Assembly (NCBI GenBank): GCA_017962765.1
Contig: JAGCUP010000008.1
Location: forward strand, 1 to 61,192
Source of the DNA: Muribaculaceae bacterium
GTDB lineage: Bacteria > Bacteroidota > Bacteroidia > Bacteroidales > Muribaculaceae
DNA: 61,192 bases
Reading direction: 5' to 3'
The first letter of the stretch is position 1. Every line of letters begins with the position of its first letter. A model generated the notes under the pieces. That model saw nothing but the letters and a program-made list of their open reading frames with translations. It was not told where the DNA came from and did not search any database. Below are positions 1 through 9,079 of this stretch, in pieces. The position numbers and the translations under genes are program-made.

Positions 1-728
1 GAAACATAGCTGTCGTCGTCGGCCACGATGAGCGTGCGCTCGAACTGGCCCGTCTGCGCCGCGTTGATGCGGAAATAGGACGAGAGCTCCATGGGGCAGC
101 GCACTCCCTTGGGGATATAGACGAAGGAGCCGTCGCTGAACACCGCGCTGTTGAGGGCGGCGAAGAAATTGTCGGTGTAAGGCACCACGCTGCCCAAGTA
201 ACGCTTAACCAGTTCAGGATAGTCTTTCACCGCCTCGCTGATGGAACAGAAGATGACACCGAGCTCGGCGAGGCGTTCGCGGTAGGTGGTGCGGACGCTC
301 ACGCTGTCCATGATGGCATCGACGGCCATTCCGCTGAGGCGCATCTGCTCTTCAAGGGGGATGCCCAGCTTGTCGAAGGTGCGCTTCATCTCGGGGTCTA
401 TCTCCTTGCCGGCGGGGTCGTTCTTTCGCGGCGCGGCATAGTAGCTGATGGCTTGATAGTCGATAGGCTCGAGGTTGACGTGTCCCCATGTGGGCTGTTC
501 GAGCGTGAGCCAGTGGCGGAATGCTTTGAGGCGGAATTCGAGCAGCCATTCGGGCTCTCCCTTGAGCTGGGAAATCTGCCTGACGACGTCCTCGTTGAGT
601 CCTTTGGGAATGACGTGAGTATCAATATCGGTCACGAAACCGTATTGATACTCCTCGTCGGCGGCCTGCCGCAGGAAGTCCTGCTCATCGGCCTTTTTGT
701 TTTTAATGTCGTTTCTCTCTTCGCTCAT
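1..728 (-). CDS. sufB: Fe-S cluster assembly protein SufB (5' part; runs off window start)
   Basis: Manual translation from ATG at 728: MSEERND...YQYGFVTDIDT...KGLNEDVVRQISQLKGEPEWLLEFRLKAFRHW...FDKLGIPLEEQ...FAALNSAVFSDGSFVYIPKGVRCPMELSSYFRIN...GQFERTLIVAD. These are canonical SufB motifs. Not in the ORF track because it is truncated. Confidence 0.97.
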   Translation of the reverse strand, partial: MSEERNDIKNKKADEQDFLRQAADEEYQYGFVTDIDTHVIPKGLNEDVVRQISQLKGEPEWLLEFRLKAFRHWLTLEQPTWGHVNLEPIDYQAISYYAAPRKNDPAGKEIDPEMKRTFDKLGIPLEEQMRLSGMAVDAIMDSVSVRTTYRERLAELGVIFCSISEAVKDYPELVKRYLGSVVPYTDNFFAALNSAVFSDGSFVYIPKGVRCPMELSSYFRINAAQTGQFERTLIVADDDSYV

Positions 729-2860
729 TATTTTTTCTTGTAGTTCACGCCCAAGTTATACATGATGAACGACTGGATGTCGGTGTATTCATCGATAACT
801 TTGCTCACTGGCTTGCCATGGCCGTGGCCCGCGTTGACGTCGATGCGGATGAGCTTGGGGGCCGGCCCCGTCTTGCTCCATTGCAGCTGTGCTGCATACT
901 TGAACGAGTGTGCGGGCACCACGCGGTCGTCGTGGTCGCTGGTGGTGATCATGATGGGCGGGTAGGGCGTGTTGTCGTTCTTGATGGTGTGGAGCGGCGA
1001 GTAGCCCAGCAGGTAGCGGAACATTTCCTCGTTGTCGTCGCTGCGGCCATAGTCATGAGCCCAGTTCCAACCGATGGTGAACTTGTGATAACGGAGCATG
1101 TCCATCACGCCCACTTGGGGAACGGCGGCACCCCACAGGTCGGGACGCTGGTTGACGACGGCGCCCACGAGGAGACCACCGTTCGAGCCACCGTTGCAGG
1201 CGATTTTGCCGGGGTGCGTGTAGCCTTCGTTGATGAGGTATTCGGCTGCAGCGATGAAGTCGTCAAAGACGTTTTGCTTTTTCAGTTTCGTGCCGGCCTC
1301 GTGCCATTGCTCGCCATATTCGCCGCCACCGCGCAGGTTGGTGTAAGCGCAAATGCCGCCCTGGTCAAGCATGGCGAAGGGGGTGCGGCTGTAGCTGAAG
1401 CCCGGGTTCATGCTGATGTTGAAGCCTCCGTAGCCATAGAGGAATACGGGTCGCTGTCCGTCGCGCTTGAGGCCCTTCTTGTAGATAAGGAACATAGGAA
1501 TTTTCGTGCCGTCCTTGCTGGGGTAGAACACCTGCTCGGTAACGTAGTCGGCGGGTTTGAGGGCGATTTGCGGCGCGAAGTATTGCGTCGATTCGTTCTT
1601 GTCGGTGTCATAGCTGTAGATGGTGGGCGGGAAGGTGTAGCTGGTGAAGCGGTAGTACACCTCGGGTCGCTTGTTCTTGGTCGAGAAATCGACCGAGCCG
1701 AGAGCCGGCATCTTGATTTCGTTGAGCTCGCGGCCATCCTTATCGTAGAGGAATGCGTGAGTTGAAGCGTCCTTGTCGTAGCTGAGGATGAAGCGGTGGT
1801 TTGTCATCTGTGCGGCGCTCAGCACCCATTCCTTTTCGGGCACGAAGTCGGCCACGTTCTTGGCGCCCAGATTCTCGGCATCGTAGGCCACGAGTTTCCA
1901 TTTGGGTGCGTTGGCGTTGGTCATCACATAGATTTTGCCGTGGTCCACGCCGATGGGGCTGTTGGTGAACTTCACGTCATTGGCAAGGCACACATAGTGC
2001 GGGTTGCGGTCCTTCAAATCTTTCACATAGAGGGCGTTGCCGTCACCATCGCTTTCCCACATGAAGACGAAGCGCTCGTCCTCGCTCACGGTGGCTTGGT
2101 AGAACAGCAGCGGGTTGGTCATGCTGCGGTATTCCACATAGTCGCTGCTTTGTGGTGTGCCCAGCTTGTGGTAATAGACCTTGTGGAACTCGTTGACCGA
2201 TGATTTGGCGTCCTCGGGCGCGTCGTAGGCGCTATAGAAGAAGCCGTCGCCCAGCCACTGCGCGTCGGTGAACTTGGCCCAGGTGATGTGGTCGTCGAGT
2301 TGCTTGCCGGTAGTGAGGTCCATGACGTAAATCTCGTTCCAGTCGCTGCCGTTGCGCGTGATGACGTAGGCCATGTAACGTCCGTCACGCGAGAAGTTGA
2401 GTTGCTGCAGGGCCACGGTGCCGTCGGTCGAGAGGGTGTTGGGGTCGAGCACCACGCGCGCCTTGCTCTTGTCGAAGGTGGCTTGCGGTGTGTCGTTCAC
2501 ATAGAGCACACTCTGGTTCTGGAGACCGTCGTTAAAGAAGAAATATTGCTTACCTGCCACGATGAACGGGGTGCCCATCTTCTGGTAGTTGGCCAGCTCG
2601 GTGATGCGCTTGCGGATGGCGTCACGGAACGGGATTTTCTTCAGGTAGTCCTGTGTGATTTTGTTCTCTTCCTTGACCCACTGCGCTGTGGCGGCGCTGT
2701 TGTCGTCCTCAAGCCAGCGGTAGGGGTCGGGGACATCGGTCCCGAAGTAGTTATCTACGGTGTCCTGGCGCTCGGCTGCCGGATAGTTGATTTTAGGTGG
2801 TGCGGCAAGGACGCTTCCTGCCGCAAAGGCTAATGCCATAGTGATGAAAAATTTGTTCAT
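728..2860 (-). CDS. Prolyl oligopeptidase (S9A) with signal peptide
   Basis: DPYRWLED N-terminal motif, GGSNGG nucleophile motif, HDDRV and GHG catalytic motifs. Start moved to MNKFFITMALAFAAG (Sec signal). Stop overlaps the sufB start (TAATG). Confidence 0.95.
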   Translation of the reverse strand: MNKFFITMALAFAAGSVLAAPPKINYPAAERQDTVDNYFGTDVPDPYRWLEDDNSAATAQWVKEENKITQDYLKKIPFRDAIRKRITELANYQKMGTPFIVAGKQYFFFNDGLQNQSVLYVNDTPQATFDKSKARVVLDPNTLSTDGTVALQQLNFSRDGRYMAYVITRNGSDWNEIYVMDLTTGKQLDDHITWAKFTDAQWLGDGFFYSAYDAPEDAKSSVNEFHKVYYHKLGTPQSSDYVEYRSMTNPLLFYQATVSEDERFVFMWESDGDGNALYVKDLKDRNPHYVCLANDVKFTNSPIGVDHGKIYVMTNANAPKWKLVAYDAENLGAKNVADFVPEKEWVLSAAQMTNHRFILSYDKDASTHAFLYDKDGRELNEIKMPALGSVDFSTKNKRPEVYYRFTSYTFPPTIYSYDTDKNESTQYFAPQIALKPADYVTEQVFYPSKDGTKIPMFLIYKKGLKRDGQRPVFLYGYGGFNISMNPGFSYSRTPFAMLDQGGICAYTNLRGGGEYGEQWHEAGTKLKKQNVFDDFIAAAEYLINEGYTHPGKIACNGGSNGGLLVGAVVNQRPDLWGAAVPQVGVMDMLRYHKFTIGWNWAHDYGRSDDNEEMFRYLLGYSPLHTIKNDNTPYPPIMITTSDHDDRVVPAHSFKYAAQLQWSKTGPAPKLIRIDVNAGHGHGKPVSKVIDEYTDIQSFIMYNLGVNYKKK

Positions 2861-3051
2861 ATTATAGGTTTGAAAGGTTGTTGTTGTTTCGCTGTGCAAA
2901 TTTACATTGTTTTCCCTCAACTGCCAAGCAATAGCATAAAAATGTTTGTACGCTTGCACAAGGACGCATGAGTGAGCGTAAACAATTTTTAGTTTTTTTA
3001 ATTTTGCGCTTTGGGCAATTCGTTATAATTTTGCCGCCAAAAGTAATCACG

Positions 3052-3681
3052 ATGAGGAGATTTGTGGCCATATTGCTGTTTTTGTTAGCCGCCACGGGGC
3101 TGGGGGCACGCGCCCAGGTGATTTCGCAAGACGAGTTGCCTAGCGTGCTGCGCAGCGTGTTCCACCACAAGGAACACTTCATCGACGAGAACGGCGACAC
3201 GCTGTTGCGCCTCGTTTTCAATCCCATCATTGTGTATCCTGCCGAGCGTTTCAAGAATGCGAAGGAGCGCGAGGAGTATAACAAGCTGGTGCGCGACGTG
3301 AAGAAGACGTTGCCCTACGCCAAGCTCATTAACAGCACGCTGCAGGAGACCTACGAGTACATCCAGACGTTCGAAACGCATCAGGAGCGCGAGCGGTATT
3401 TGCGGGAGTTTGAGAAAAACGTCTTTAAGCAGTACAAGCCCGAGATGAAAAAGCTCACCAAGAACCAGGGCAAGGTGCTCATCAAGCTCATCTACCGTGA
3501 GACAAACCAGAGCAGCTACTACATCATCAAGGCCTTTATGGGCACCTTCCGCGCCGGCTTCTGGCAGACCTTTGGTCGCTTCTTCGGCGTGAACATGCGC
3601 AACGGCTACCATCCCGAGAGCAACAAGCAGGATGCCCTCATCGAGCGCATCACGGTGCGTGTCGAGCAAGGACAGATATAG
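3052..3681 (+). CDS. DUF4294-family exported protein
   Basis: Signal peptide MRRFVAILLFLLAA. LVRDVKKTLPYAK, KKLTKNQGKVLIKLIYRET and FWQTFGRFFG are typical of Bacteroidota DUF4294. TAATTTTG -7 box just upstream. Confidence 0.8.
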   Translation: MRRFVAILLFLLAATGLGARAQVISQDELPSVLRSVFHHKEHFIDENGDTLLRLVFNPIIVYPAERFKNAKEREEYNKLVRDVKKTLPYAKLINSTLQETYEYIQTFETHQERERYLREFEKNVFKQYKPEMKKLTKNQGKVLIKLIYRETNQSSYYIIKAFMGTFRAGFWQTFGRFFGVNMRNGYHPESNKQDALIERITVRVEQGQI

Positions 3682-3714
3682 CACGGTTTATAGTTATCGA
3701 CTAAGCAAGGATGG

Positions 3715-4848
3715 CTATAGCCTTTCTTGTTGGGTGAACCATATTTGGAAAATTGGATCCACAAAGACAAATGTTTCACCCTCTATTTCTATTATATCAC
3801 GGTCTTGAAGGATTCGTTTATTGCGGGCAATGGTGTTGGCATTGCCCAGGTCGTAGAGTTGTTTGGCATCGGCCGACGACAGTTGCTTGACGCCCTCGTT
3901 TACGGCATGAAGCATGGCTTTTTGGCTCGAAGTGAGTTGATCCATGTCGTTTTGGAACATGGGGGCGTTGGTGTCGATGAGTCGTTGCAGGGCGGCCTGG
4001 AATATCTGTTCGGAAACCTCGTGTTCAGTGGCATTCCAAATAAAGAAACAAAACTGCTGCACATACCAAGAGTGGCACTTGGTGATGTCACACACGCGCT
4101 GCGCCAATAGTGGCGAAATGCTTTTCCCTGTTTTGCGGAAAGCCTCGACAATGAAATCAATCCAATATTTTGCCTCAATTTTTTTGAGCCAAATTACTTG
4201 CCCGAAACGATAGAAAGGCTTTGAGGAATCATTGAAGATGTCGGTCATCATGTGGCGTTTGCTGCCGTAGAAGCAGTACGATACATGGTGTTGCCGTTGC
4301 CACACCGACCGCATTTTCCCTTCCATGTCGGCATATTGTGGTATGCGTGCCAGTTGCTGGAACTCATCGATACACACGATGATCCTTAATCCTTTACTGG
4401 CTGCAATTTTCTCGGGCAACTGCAAAATCTCGAGCTTCTCTTGCTCTTGGGGTTTAAAACGGATGTCGAAGGTGAGGAACTCGGTTACGTCGTCCTTGAG
4501 GACCAGTTGGGGCACAGCGGCATTGAGAAAGTTTTTCATTTCCTTGAGCCCTTTTTCAAACTTGGAGGCCGCGCACGACATGACTTTGCTGGCAAAAGTG
4601 CGGTAGAACTCGGTTTCGCTGCTGATGCTAAAGGCATCGATGTGGCACACTCTTACGTTTTTGTTCTCGGCCACCAACTCGTCGGTGGCAACCTTTACGA
4701 GTGAACTTTTTCCCCATCGGCGTGGTGAGATGAGCATCACGTGGATGCCATTCATGAGCAGTTGTTTGAGCAGGGCGCGGTCCTCCACGCGGTCGATGAA
4801 GTTTTCTTTTTCGGCCAGTGAGCCATATTGAAAAGGAGAATTAGTCAT
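3715..4848 (-). CDS. P-loop ATP-binding protein (archaeal-ATPase/ATPase_2-like) with probable C-terminal winged helix
   Basis: N-terminal PFQYG..FIDR, Walker A SPRRWGKSS, Walker B IIVCIDEFQ, C-terminal FVDPIFQIW. Start placed at MTNSPFQ, downstream of a TATCTTTG box. Confidence 0.85.
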   Translation of the reverse strand: MTNSPFQYGSLAEKENFIDRVEDRALLKQLLMNGIHVMLISPRRWGKSSLVKVATDELVAENKNVRVCHIDAFSISSETEFYRTFASKVMSCAASKFEKGLKEMKNFLNAAVPQLVLKDDVTEFLTFDIRFKPQEQEKLEILQLPEKIAASKGLRIIVCIDEFQQLARIPQYADMEGKMRSVWQRQHHVSYCFYGSKRHMMTDIFNDSSKPFYRFGQVIWLKKIEAKYWIDFIVEAFRKTGKSISPLLAQRVCDITKCHSWYVQQFCFFIWNATEHEVSEQIFQAALQRLIDTNAPMFQNDMDQLTSSQKAMLHAVNEGVKQLSSADAKQLYDLGNANTIARNKRILQDRDIIEIEGETFVFVDPIFQIWFTQQERL

Positions 4849-4871
4849 AGCGGTTTGTGGTTTTGTTGCCG

Positions 4872-4916
4872 CAAAGATACGAAAAGTTACATAAATGTAA
4901 GTTACATGGATGTAAC
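4872..4916 (-). promoter_or_regulatory. -7 promoter box (TATCTTTG) plus two tandem palindromes GTTACAT-NN-ATGTAA(C)
   Basis: 4886-4900 GTTACATAAATGTAA and 4901-4916 GTTACATGGATGTAAC lie directly upstream of the minus-strand -7 box at 4872-4879. Confidence 0.7.
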
Positions 4917-5073
4917 TTTTTTTGTGATGCCTGCAAAAAAGGTTCAGGGTAGTGAGCTCAAAGGCCATAAATTTGTAAATTAGCGCAAAAAAGGCTAACT
5001 TTGCGGCATGAGCCGCAACAGGGTGGTGCTTAACGAAGAAATAAATTCATTCACAATAGATTGACAAGACAGT

Positions 5074-6270
5074 ATGAACAAGGTTATTATCATTGGATGC
5101 GGTGGCGTGGGCACCGTGGTGGCACACAAGTGCGCCCAAAACCCCGACGTGTTTAACGAAATCGTCATCGCATCGCGCAATAGGGCGAAGTGCGACGCCG
5201 TAGCCGCCGCCATCGGCGCCCCCAACATCACTACCGACCGTGTCGATGCCGATAGCGTGGAGCAACTTGTGGCGCTTTTCCATCGCCACCGTCCCCAACT
5301 GGTCATCAACGTGGCACTTCCCTATCAGGACCTCACTATCATGGACGCATGCCTGGTGTGCGGCGTCAACTACCTTGATACGGCCAACTATGAGCCGCGC
5401 GACGAGGCCCACTTCGAATACAGCTGGCAATGGGCCTATCGCGAACGTTTCGAGAAGGCCGGCCTGACCGCCATTTTGGGCTGCGGCTTCGACCCGGGCG
5501 TGACGGGTGTGTATACTGCCCGTGCCGCCAAGCACCACTTCAGAGAGATGCACTACCTCGACATCGTGGACTGCAACGCCGGCAACCACGGCAAGGCGTT
5601 TGCCACTAACTTCAATCCCGAGATTAACATCCGCGAGATTACCCAGAAGGGCCGCTACTATCAGGATGGCAAGTGGGTGGAGACCGGCGCCCTCGAGGTG
5701 CACAAGCCGCTTAACTATCCCGAGATTGGTCCGCGTGAGAGCTACCTGATGTATCACGAGGAGCTCGAATCGCTCGTGATTAACTATCCCACCATCAAGC
5801 GGGCACGCTTCTGGATGACTTTCGGACAGGAATACCTCACCCACCTGCGCGTGATTCAAGACATCGGCATGGCCAGCATCGAGCCCATCAACTACCAGGG
5901 CATGGACATCGTGCCGCTGCAGTTCCTCAAAGCCGTGCTGCCCAATCCCAAGGAGCTGGGCCAGAACTACACGGGCCAGACGTCGATTGGCTGCCGCATC
6001 AGCGGCCTTGACAAGGAAGGCAAGCCGCTCACCTATTATATTTATAACAACTGCGACCACCATGCCGCCTTCGAGGAGACCGGTATGCAGGCCGTGAGCT
6101 ATACCACCGGCGTGCCCGCCATGACGGGCGCCATGATGTTCCTCAAGGGGCTGTGGAGCAAGCCTGGCGTGCACAACGTGGAGGAATTCGACCCCGACCC
6201 GTTCCTCGACGTGCTCAACCAGCAGGGCCTGCCTTGGCACGAGATGTTCAACGTGGACTTGGAACTGTAA
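5074..6270 (+). CDS. Saccharopine dehydrogenase family protein, likely carboxynorspermidine dehydrogenase
   Basis: Rossmann motif IIGCGGVG; NVALPYQDLTIMDAC, YLDTANYEP, GCGFDPGVT, FATNFNPEINIREI and QAVSYTTGVPAM match the CASDH/CANSDH family. Confidence 0.9.
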   Translation: MNKVIIIGCGGVGTVVAHKCAQNPDVFNEIVIASRNRAKCDAVAAAIGAPNITTDRVDADSVEQLVALFHRHRPQLVINVALPYQDLTIMDACLVCGVNYLDTANYEPRDEAHFEYSWQWAYRERFEKAGLTAILGCGFDPGVTGVYTARAAKHHFREMHYLDIVDCNAGNHGKAFATNFNPEINIREITQKGRYYQDGKWVETGALEVHKPLNYPEIGPRESYLMYHEELESLVINYPTIKRARFWMTFGQEYLTHLRVIQDIGMASIEPINYQGMDIVPLQFLKAVLPNPKELGQNYTGQTSIGCRISGLDKEGKPLTYYIYNNCDHHAAFEETGMQAVSYTTGVPAMTGAMMFLKGLWSKPGVHNVEEFDPDPFLDVLNQQGLPWHEMFNVDLEL

Positions 6271-6282
6271 GCCGTCGCGACG

Positions 6283-7467
6283 ATGATGAAACGTGTTTTT
6301 CTGCTGGCCTGTGCCGCGTGGATTGCCTTTTTTGCCGTCGCCCGCGACGAGCAAGTGAAGCAATGGAGCGACGGCATGTTGCAGTGGAGCGATTTCAAGG
6401 GACTTCCCACACTGTTGCTGGAGCCCTCGTCGATGGTTGCCACGCTTGATGTGAATTCGCGCATCGAGGGTGAGGGGAGCCGCCAGCGTGTGGCCCTCGA
6501 AGCCTTGGCGACGATGCACTGCGAGCAGAGTGCTGCCGACACCACGCGTTGCACGTCGCAGCGGTTGCGCTACCACCAGCTGCAGTTCGACTTGCTCGAG
6601 TACTATCGTCGCCGTCTCCAAGATGAGATTAACAATGGTAGCACCGGCATCGAGGTGGAAAAGAGCCTCAAGGAGTTCCGCAACGAGTACCGCACGCGCT
6701 GCGAGCAAATCGCCCGCGAGACATCGCAGGGCACCGACGACCATCGCCTCCAGGACTGGGAATACACCGTACGGCGCCAGCTCGACGAGTTAGGACTGCC
6801 GCCCGTGCCTCGTGTGAGTGCCCGCAAGTGGAATTACGGCATCTATGGCGGCGTGGGCGCCGAGTTCCCCACGGGCCAGCTCCACGACAACTTTGGAGCC
6901 AGCGCCACGTTCCAGTTGGGTCTCACGGGTGGTTACCGCGATTTGCGGCTCAAGGCCGACATTGCCTATGGGCAGCCCGGCATCCGCAACGCCAACGTGT
7001 ATAATGTGCCCGACTCGGCCGGCTTCGCTATGCAGGGCAACGCCAGCTCGTCGGCCACCCACCTGATGGTGGGCGTGCAGCTGGGTTATACCGTGCTGCG
7101 CAGCGGACGCCTGAGTATTACGCCCAACGTGGGTATGCACTACAGCGTCTATAGCTGGGAACTTGAAAACTATTCGTGGTACAAGAACGAGCAGGGCGAC
7201 CACTTGCGCTACATCACCTCGACCGAGCGCCGACGCCTGCACAGCTGCAGCTGGATGGCAAGCATTGACTTTGACGTCCGCCTCGCCAGCCACGTCAATG
7301 CCTCGCCCATACTGGGCGGCAGCGACCGCGAACAGTTTACCTCCAACCTGCGTATCACCCCATGGGTGGCGCGCGCCAGCTATGACAAGTGCGACCCCGC
7401 CGTCAAGGGCTATTCCTTCGGCTTCACCGTCGCCTACCTGGGCCTTGCCCGCCTTCTCTCCTTCTAA
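6283..7467 (+). CDS. Exported protein: DUF922-like N-terminal domain plus probable outer-membrane beta-barrel
   Basis: Signal peptide; WSDGMLQWSDFKG and YHQLQFDLLEYYRRRL resemble DUF922. The C-terminal half has alternating beta-strands (WNYGIYGGVG, FQLGLTGGY, VGVQLGYTV, YSFGFTVAY) and a terminal Phe. Confidence 0.55.
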   Translation: MMKRVFLLACAAWIAFFAVARDEQVKQWSDGMLQWSDFKGLPTLLLEPSSMVATLDVNSRIEGEGSRQRVALEALATMHCEQSAADTTRCTSQRLRYHQLQFDLLEYYRRRLQDEINNGSTGIEVEKSLKEFRNEYRTRCEQIARETSQGTDDHRLQDWEYTVRRQLDELGLPPVPRVSARKWNYGIYGGVGAEFPTGQLHDNFGASATFQLGLTGGYRDLRLKADIAYGQPGIRNANVYNVPDSAGFAMQGNASSSATHLMVGVQLGYTVLRSGRLSITPNVGMHYSVYSWELENYSWYKNEQGDHLRYITSTERRRLHSCSWMASIDFDVRLASHVNASPILGGSDREQFTSNLRITPWVARASYDKCDPAVKGYSFGFTVAYLGLARLLSF

Positions 7468-7488
7468 AGAAAATTAAAAAAGATTGTT

Positions 7489-8340
7489 ATGCTACAGTAT
7501 ATTACTTGGACGGCTAATCCTAATCTTTATGATGGCTTTGTCACCGTGCGGTGGTATGGATTGATGTTTGCCATTGGGTTCCTGGTGGCGTATGAGATTA
7601 TGAACCGCATGTTTAAGCGCGAGAATACGCCCGAACACTGGGTGCACAGCCTTTTCTTCTTTGTCGTTGTCGCCACCATTATTGGTGCACGACTGGGGCA
7701 TGTGCTGTTTTACGACTTCCACCACTACTTTGTGGAGCACCCCGAAGACATCGTCAAGGTGTGGGAAGGCGGCCTGGCCAGCCACGGCGGCGTGCTGGGC
7801 ATCATGGTGGCGTTGTGGCTCTATAGCCGCTGGATTACCAAACTGCCCGTGATTTGGTCCTTCGACCGCGTGGCGGTGCCCACAGGCTTTGTGGCGGCGC
7901 TCATTCGCATCGGCAACCTGATGAACCACGAGATTTATGGCTGTGCCACCGACCTGCCGTGGGGTTTCCGTTTCATCAAGAACATAGGAGCTTACATGCA
8001 GGGTGCGGCACCCGAATTCACGGCGCCGTGCCACCCGACGGCCATCTACGAGGCACTGTGCTACCTGGCCATTTTCGGCTTGTGTATGTATATGTATTGG
8101 AAGCGCGACTGCCACCGCCGTCCGGGTCTCATCTTCGGCACCTTCATGGCGCTACTGTTCACGGCACGTTTCTTCATCGAGTTTATTAAGAACGTGCAGG
8201 AGCCGTGGGAACTGGGTATGCGCGACGCCATCGGCCTCGACATGGGCCAGTTGCTGAGCATTCCGTTCATTGTGCTGGGCGTGTGGTTTATGGTGCGTGC
8301 CCTGCGGCGTCCGCCCGAACCGCTTCCCACCGAGTCATGA
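7489..8340 (+). CDS. lgt: Prolipoprotein diacylglyceryl transferase
   Basis: VRWYGLMF, IGARLGHVLFY, VWEGGLASHGG, RIGNLMNHEIYG, HPTAIYE, RFFIEFIK, MGQLLSIP. Confidence 0.97.
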   Translation: MLQYITWTANPNLYDGFVTVRWYGLMFAIGFLVAYEIMNRMFKRENTPEHWVHSLFFFVVVATIIGARLGHVLFYDFHHYFVEHPEDIVKVWEGGLASHGGVLGIMVALWLYSRWITKLPVIWSFDRVAVPTGFVAALIRIGNLMNHEIYGCATDLPWGFRFIKNIGAYMQGAAPEFTAPCHPTAIYEALCYLAIFGLCMYMYWKRDCHRRPGLIFGTFMALLFTARFFIEFIKNVQEPWELGMRDAIGLDMGQLLSIPFIVLGVWFMVRALRRPPEPLPTES

Positions 8341-8417
8341 ACTGTGAACTGTGAGCTTTGAGCGCTTGAGCGGTGAGCTTTGAGTTATTATAGCGGCGAC
8401 GGTATCGCCGCTCACAG
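8341..8417. repeat. Degenerate TGAGCnn heptamer array followed by a REP-like hairpin
   Basis: TGAACTG TGAGCTT TGAGCGCT TGAGCGG TGAGCTT TGAGTT, then AGCGGCGAC-GGT-ATCGCCGCT, between convergent lgt and cvpA. Confidence 0.75.
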
Positions 8418-8423
8418 TACCTG

Positions 8424-8960
8424 TTATGAGCTTTGAGCGCTTGAGGGCTCAGGGCTCAATGTAATTGTTTCGTGGCCCAGGAGATAGGGCATGAGGTTGA
8501 GGGTGAGCTCGAAGGGCTTATTGTCAAGGGCGTGCCGCGTGGTGAATGTGCTGCTGCGCGGCGCTGCCATAAACATGAAGTTGAGCAGTATGCTCAGCAC
8601 CAGTGTCCACTTGAACACGTTGAGCGCCACGCCGCCCAAGCGGTCGAGCAGCGAGGTGGCCTTGGTGGCGCGCGCCGTGCGCTTCACGAGCATCGCCACG
8701 ACCCTCACGGTGAGCGACACCAGTAGGAATAGGGCGCCGTTGACGACGGCGGGCACGGTGAAGCTGGCGTGTGGCCACTGGTTGCAGTCGGGGTTCATGG
8801 AGCGGTAGAAGGCGGTGGCCTCGTCACCCACGAGCACGCACACGGCGACGCCGAGTGCGAGGCTGGCGAGCGAGGCCAGTTGTCCCACGAGTCCTCGCCG
8901 GAAGCCGAGCACGGCAGCCGTGATGACGACGAGCAGCAATATGGTGTCGAAAAGAGTCAA
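8424..8960 (-). CDS. cvpA: CvpA (colicin V production) family membrane protein
   Basis: FDTILLLVVITAAVLGFRRGLVGQLASL and LDRLGGVALNVFK motifs; four hydrophobic segments; TTG start. Confidence 0.85.
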   Translation of the reverse strand: MTLFDTILLLVVITAAVLGFRRGLVGQLASLASLALGVAVCVLVGDEATAFYRSMNPDCNQWPHASFTVPAVVNGALFLLVSLTVRVVAMLVKRTARATKATSLLDRLGGVALNVFKWTLVLSILLNFMFMAAPRSSTFTTRHALDNKPFELTLNLMPYLLGHETITLSPEPSSAQSS

Positions 8961-8964
8961 GGGG

Positions 8965-9074
8965 AAGTGTCAAGTGTTAAGTGTTAAGTGGGAAGTGTCC
9001 GAGACGCAGTCTCGGAGTACATCGACATGAAGTGAGAAAATTCCTCATTCCTCATTCCTAATTCCTAATTCCTA
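8965..9074. repeat. Composite: (AAGTGTT)x5, hairpin CCGAGAC-GCA-GTCTCGG, (ATTCCTM)x5
   Basis: Heptamers at 8965-8999 and 9040-9074, with a palindrome at 8999-9015 between them. Confidence 0.85.
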
Positions 9075-9079
9075 ATTGT

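Noticed and set aside
2861-2959. Upstream start extensions in the ORF track (also 2968, 4968, 26205, 34792, 52579, 56299, 58445)
   Set aside because: The extensions run through promoter boxes, AT-rich leaders or the upstream gene. Downstream ATGs give proper signal peptides or family N-termini.
5074-6270. Missing carboxynorspermidine decarboxylase next to the dehydrogenase
   Set aside because: The two genes are often unlinked in Bacteroidales, so this is uninformative in a single window.
5047-6744. 565-aa minus-strand ORF, and similar long antisense ORFs at 818-1765, 10158-11366, 24663-25898, 28715-30010, 39586-40683, 44890-46128 and 54779-56098
   Set aside because: These are shadow frames of well-supported genes. 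Strong codon bias removes antisense stops, and the translations have no recognisable motifs.
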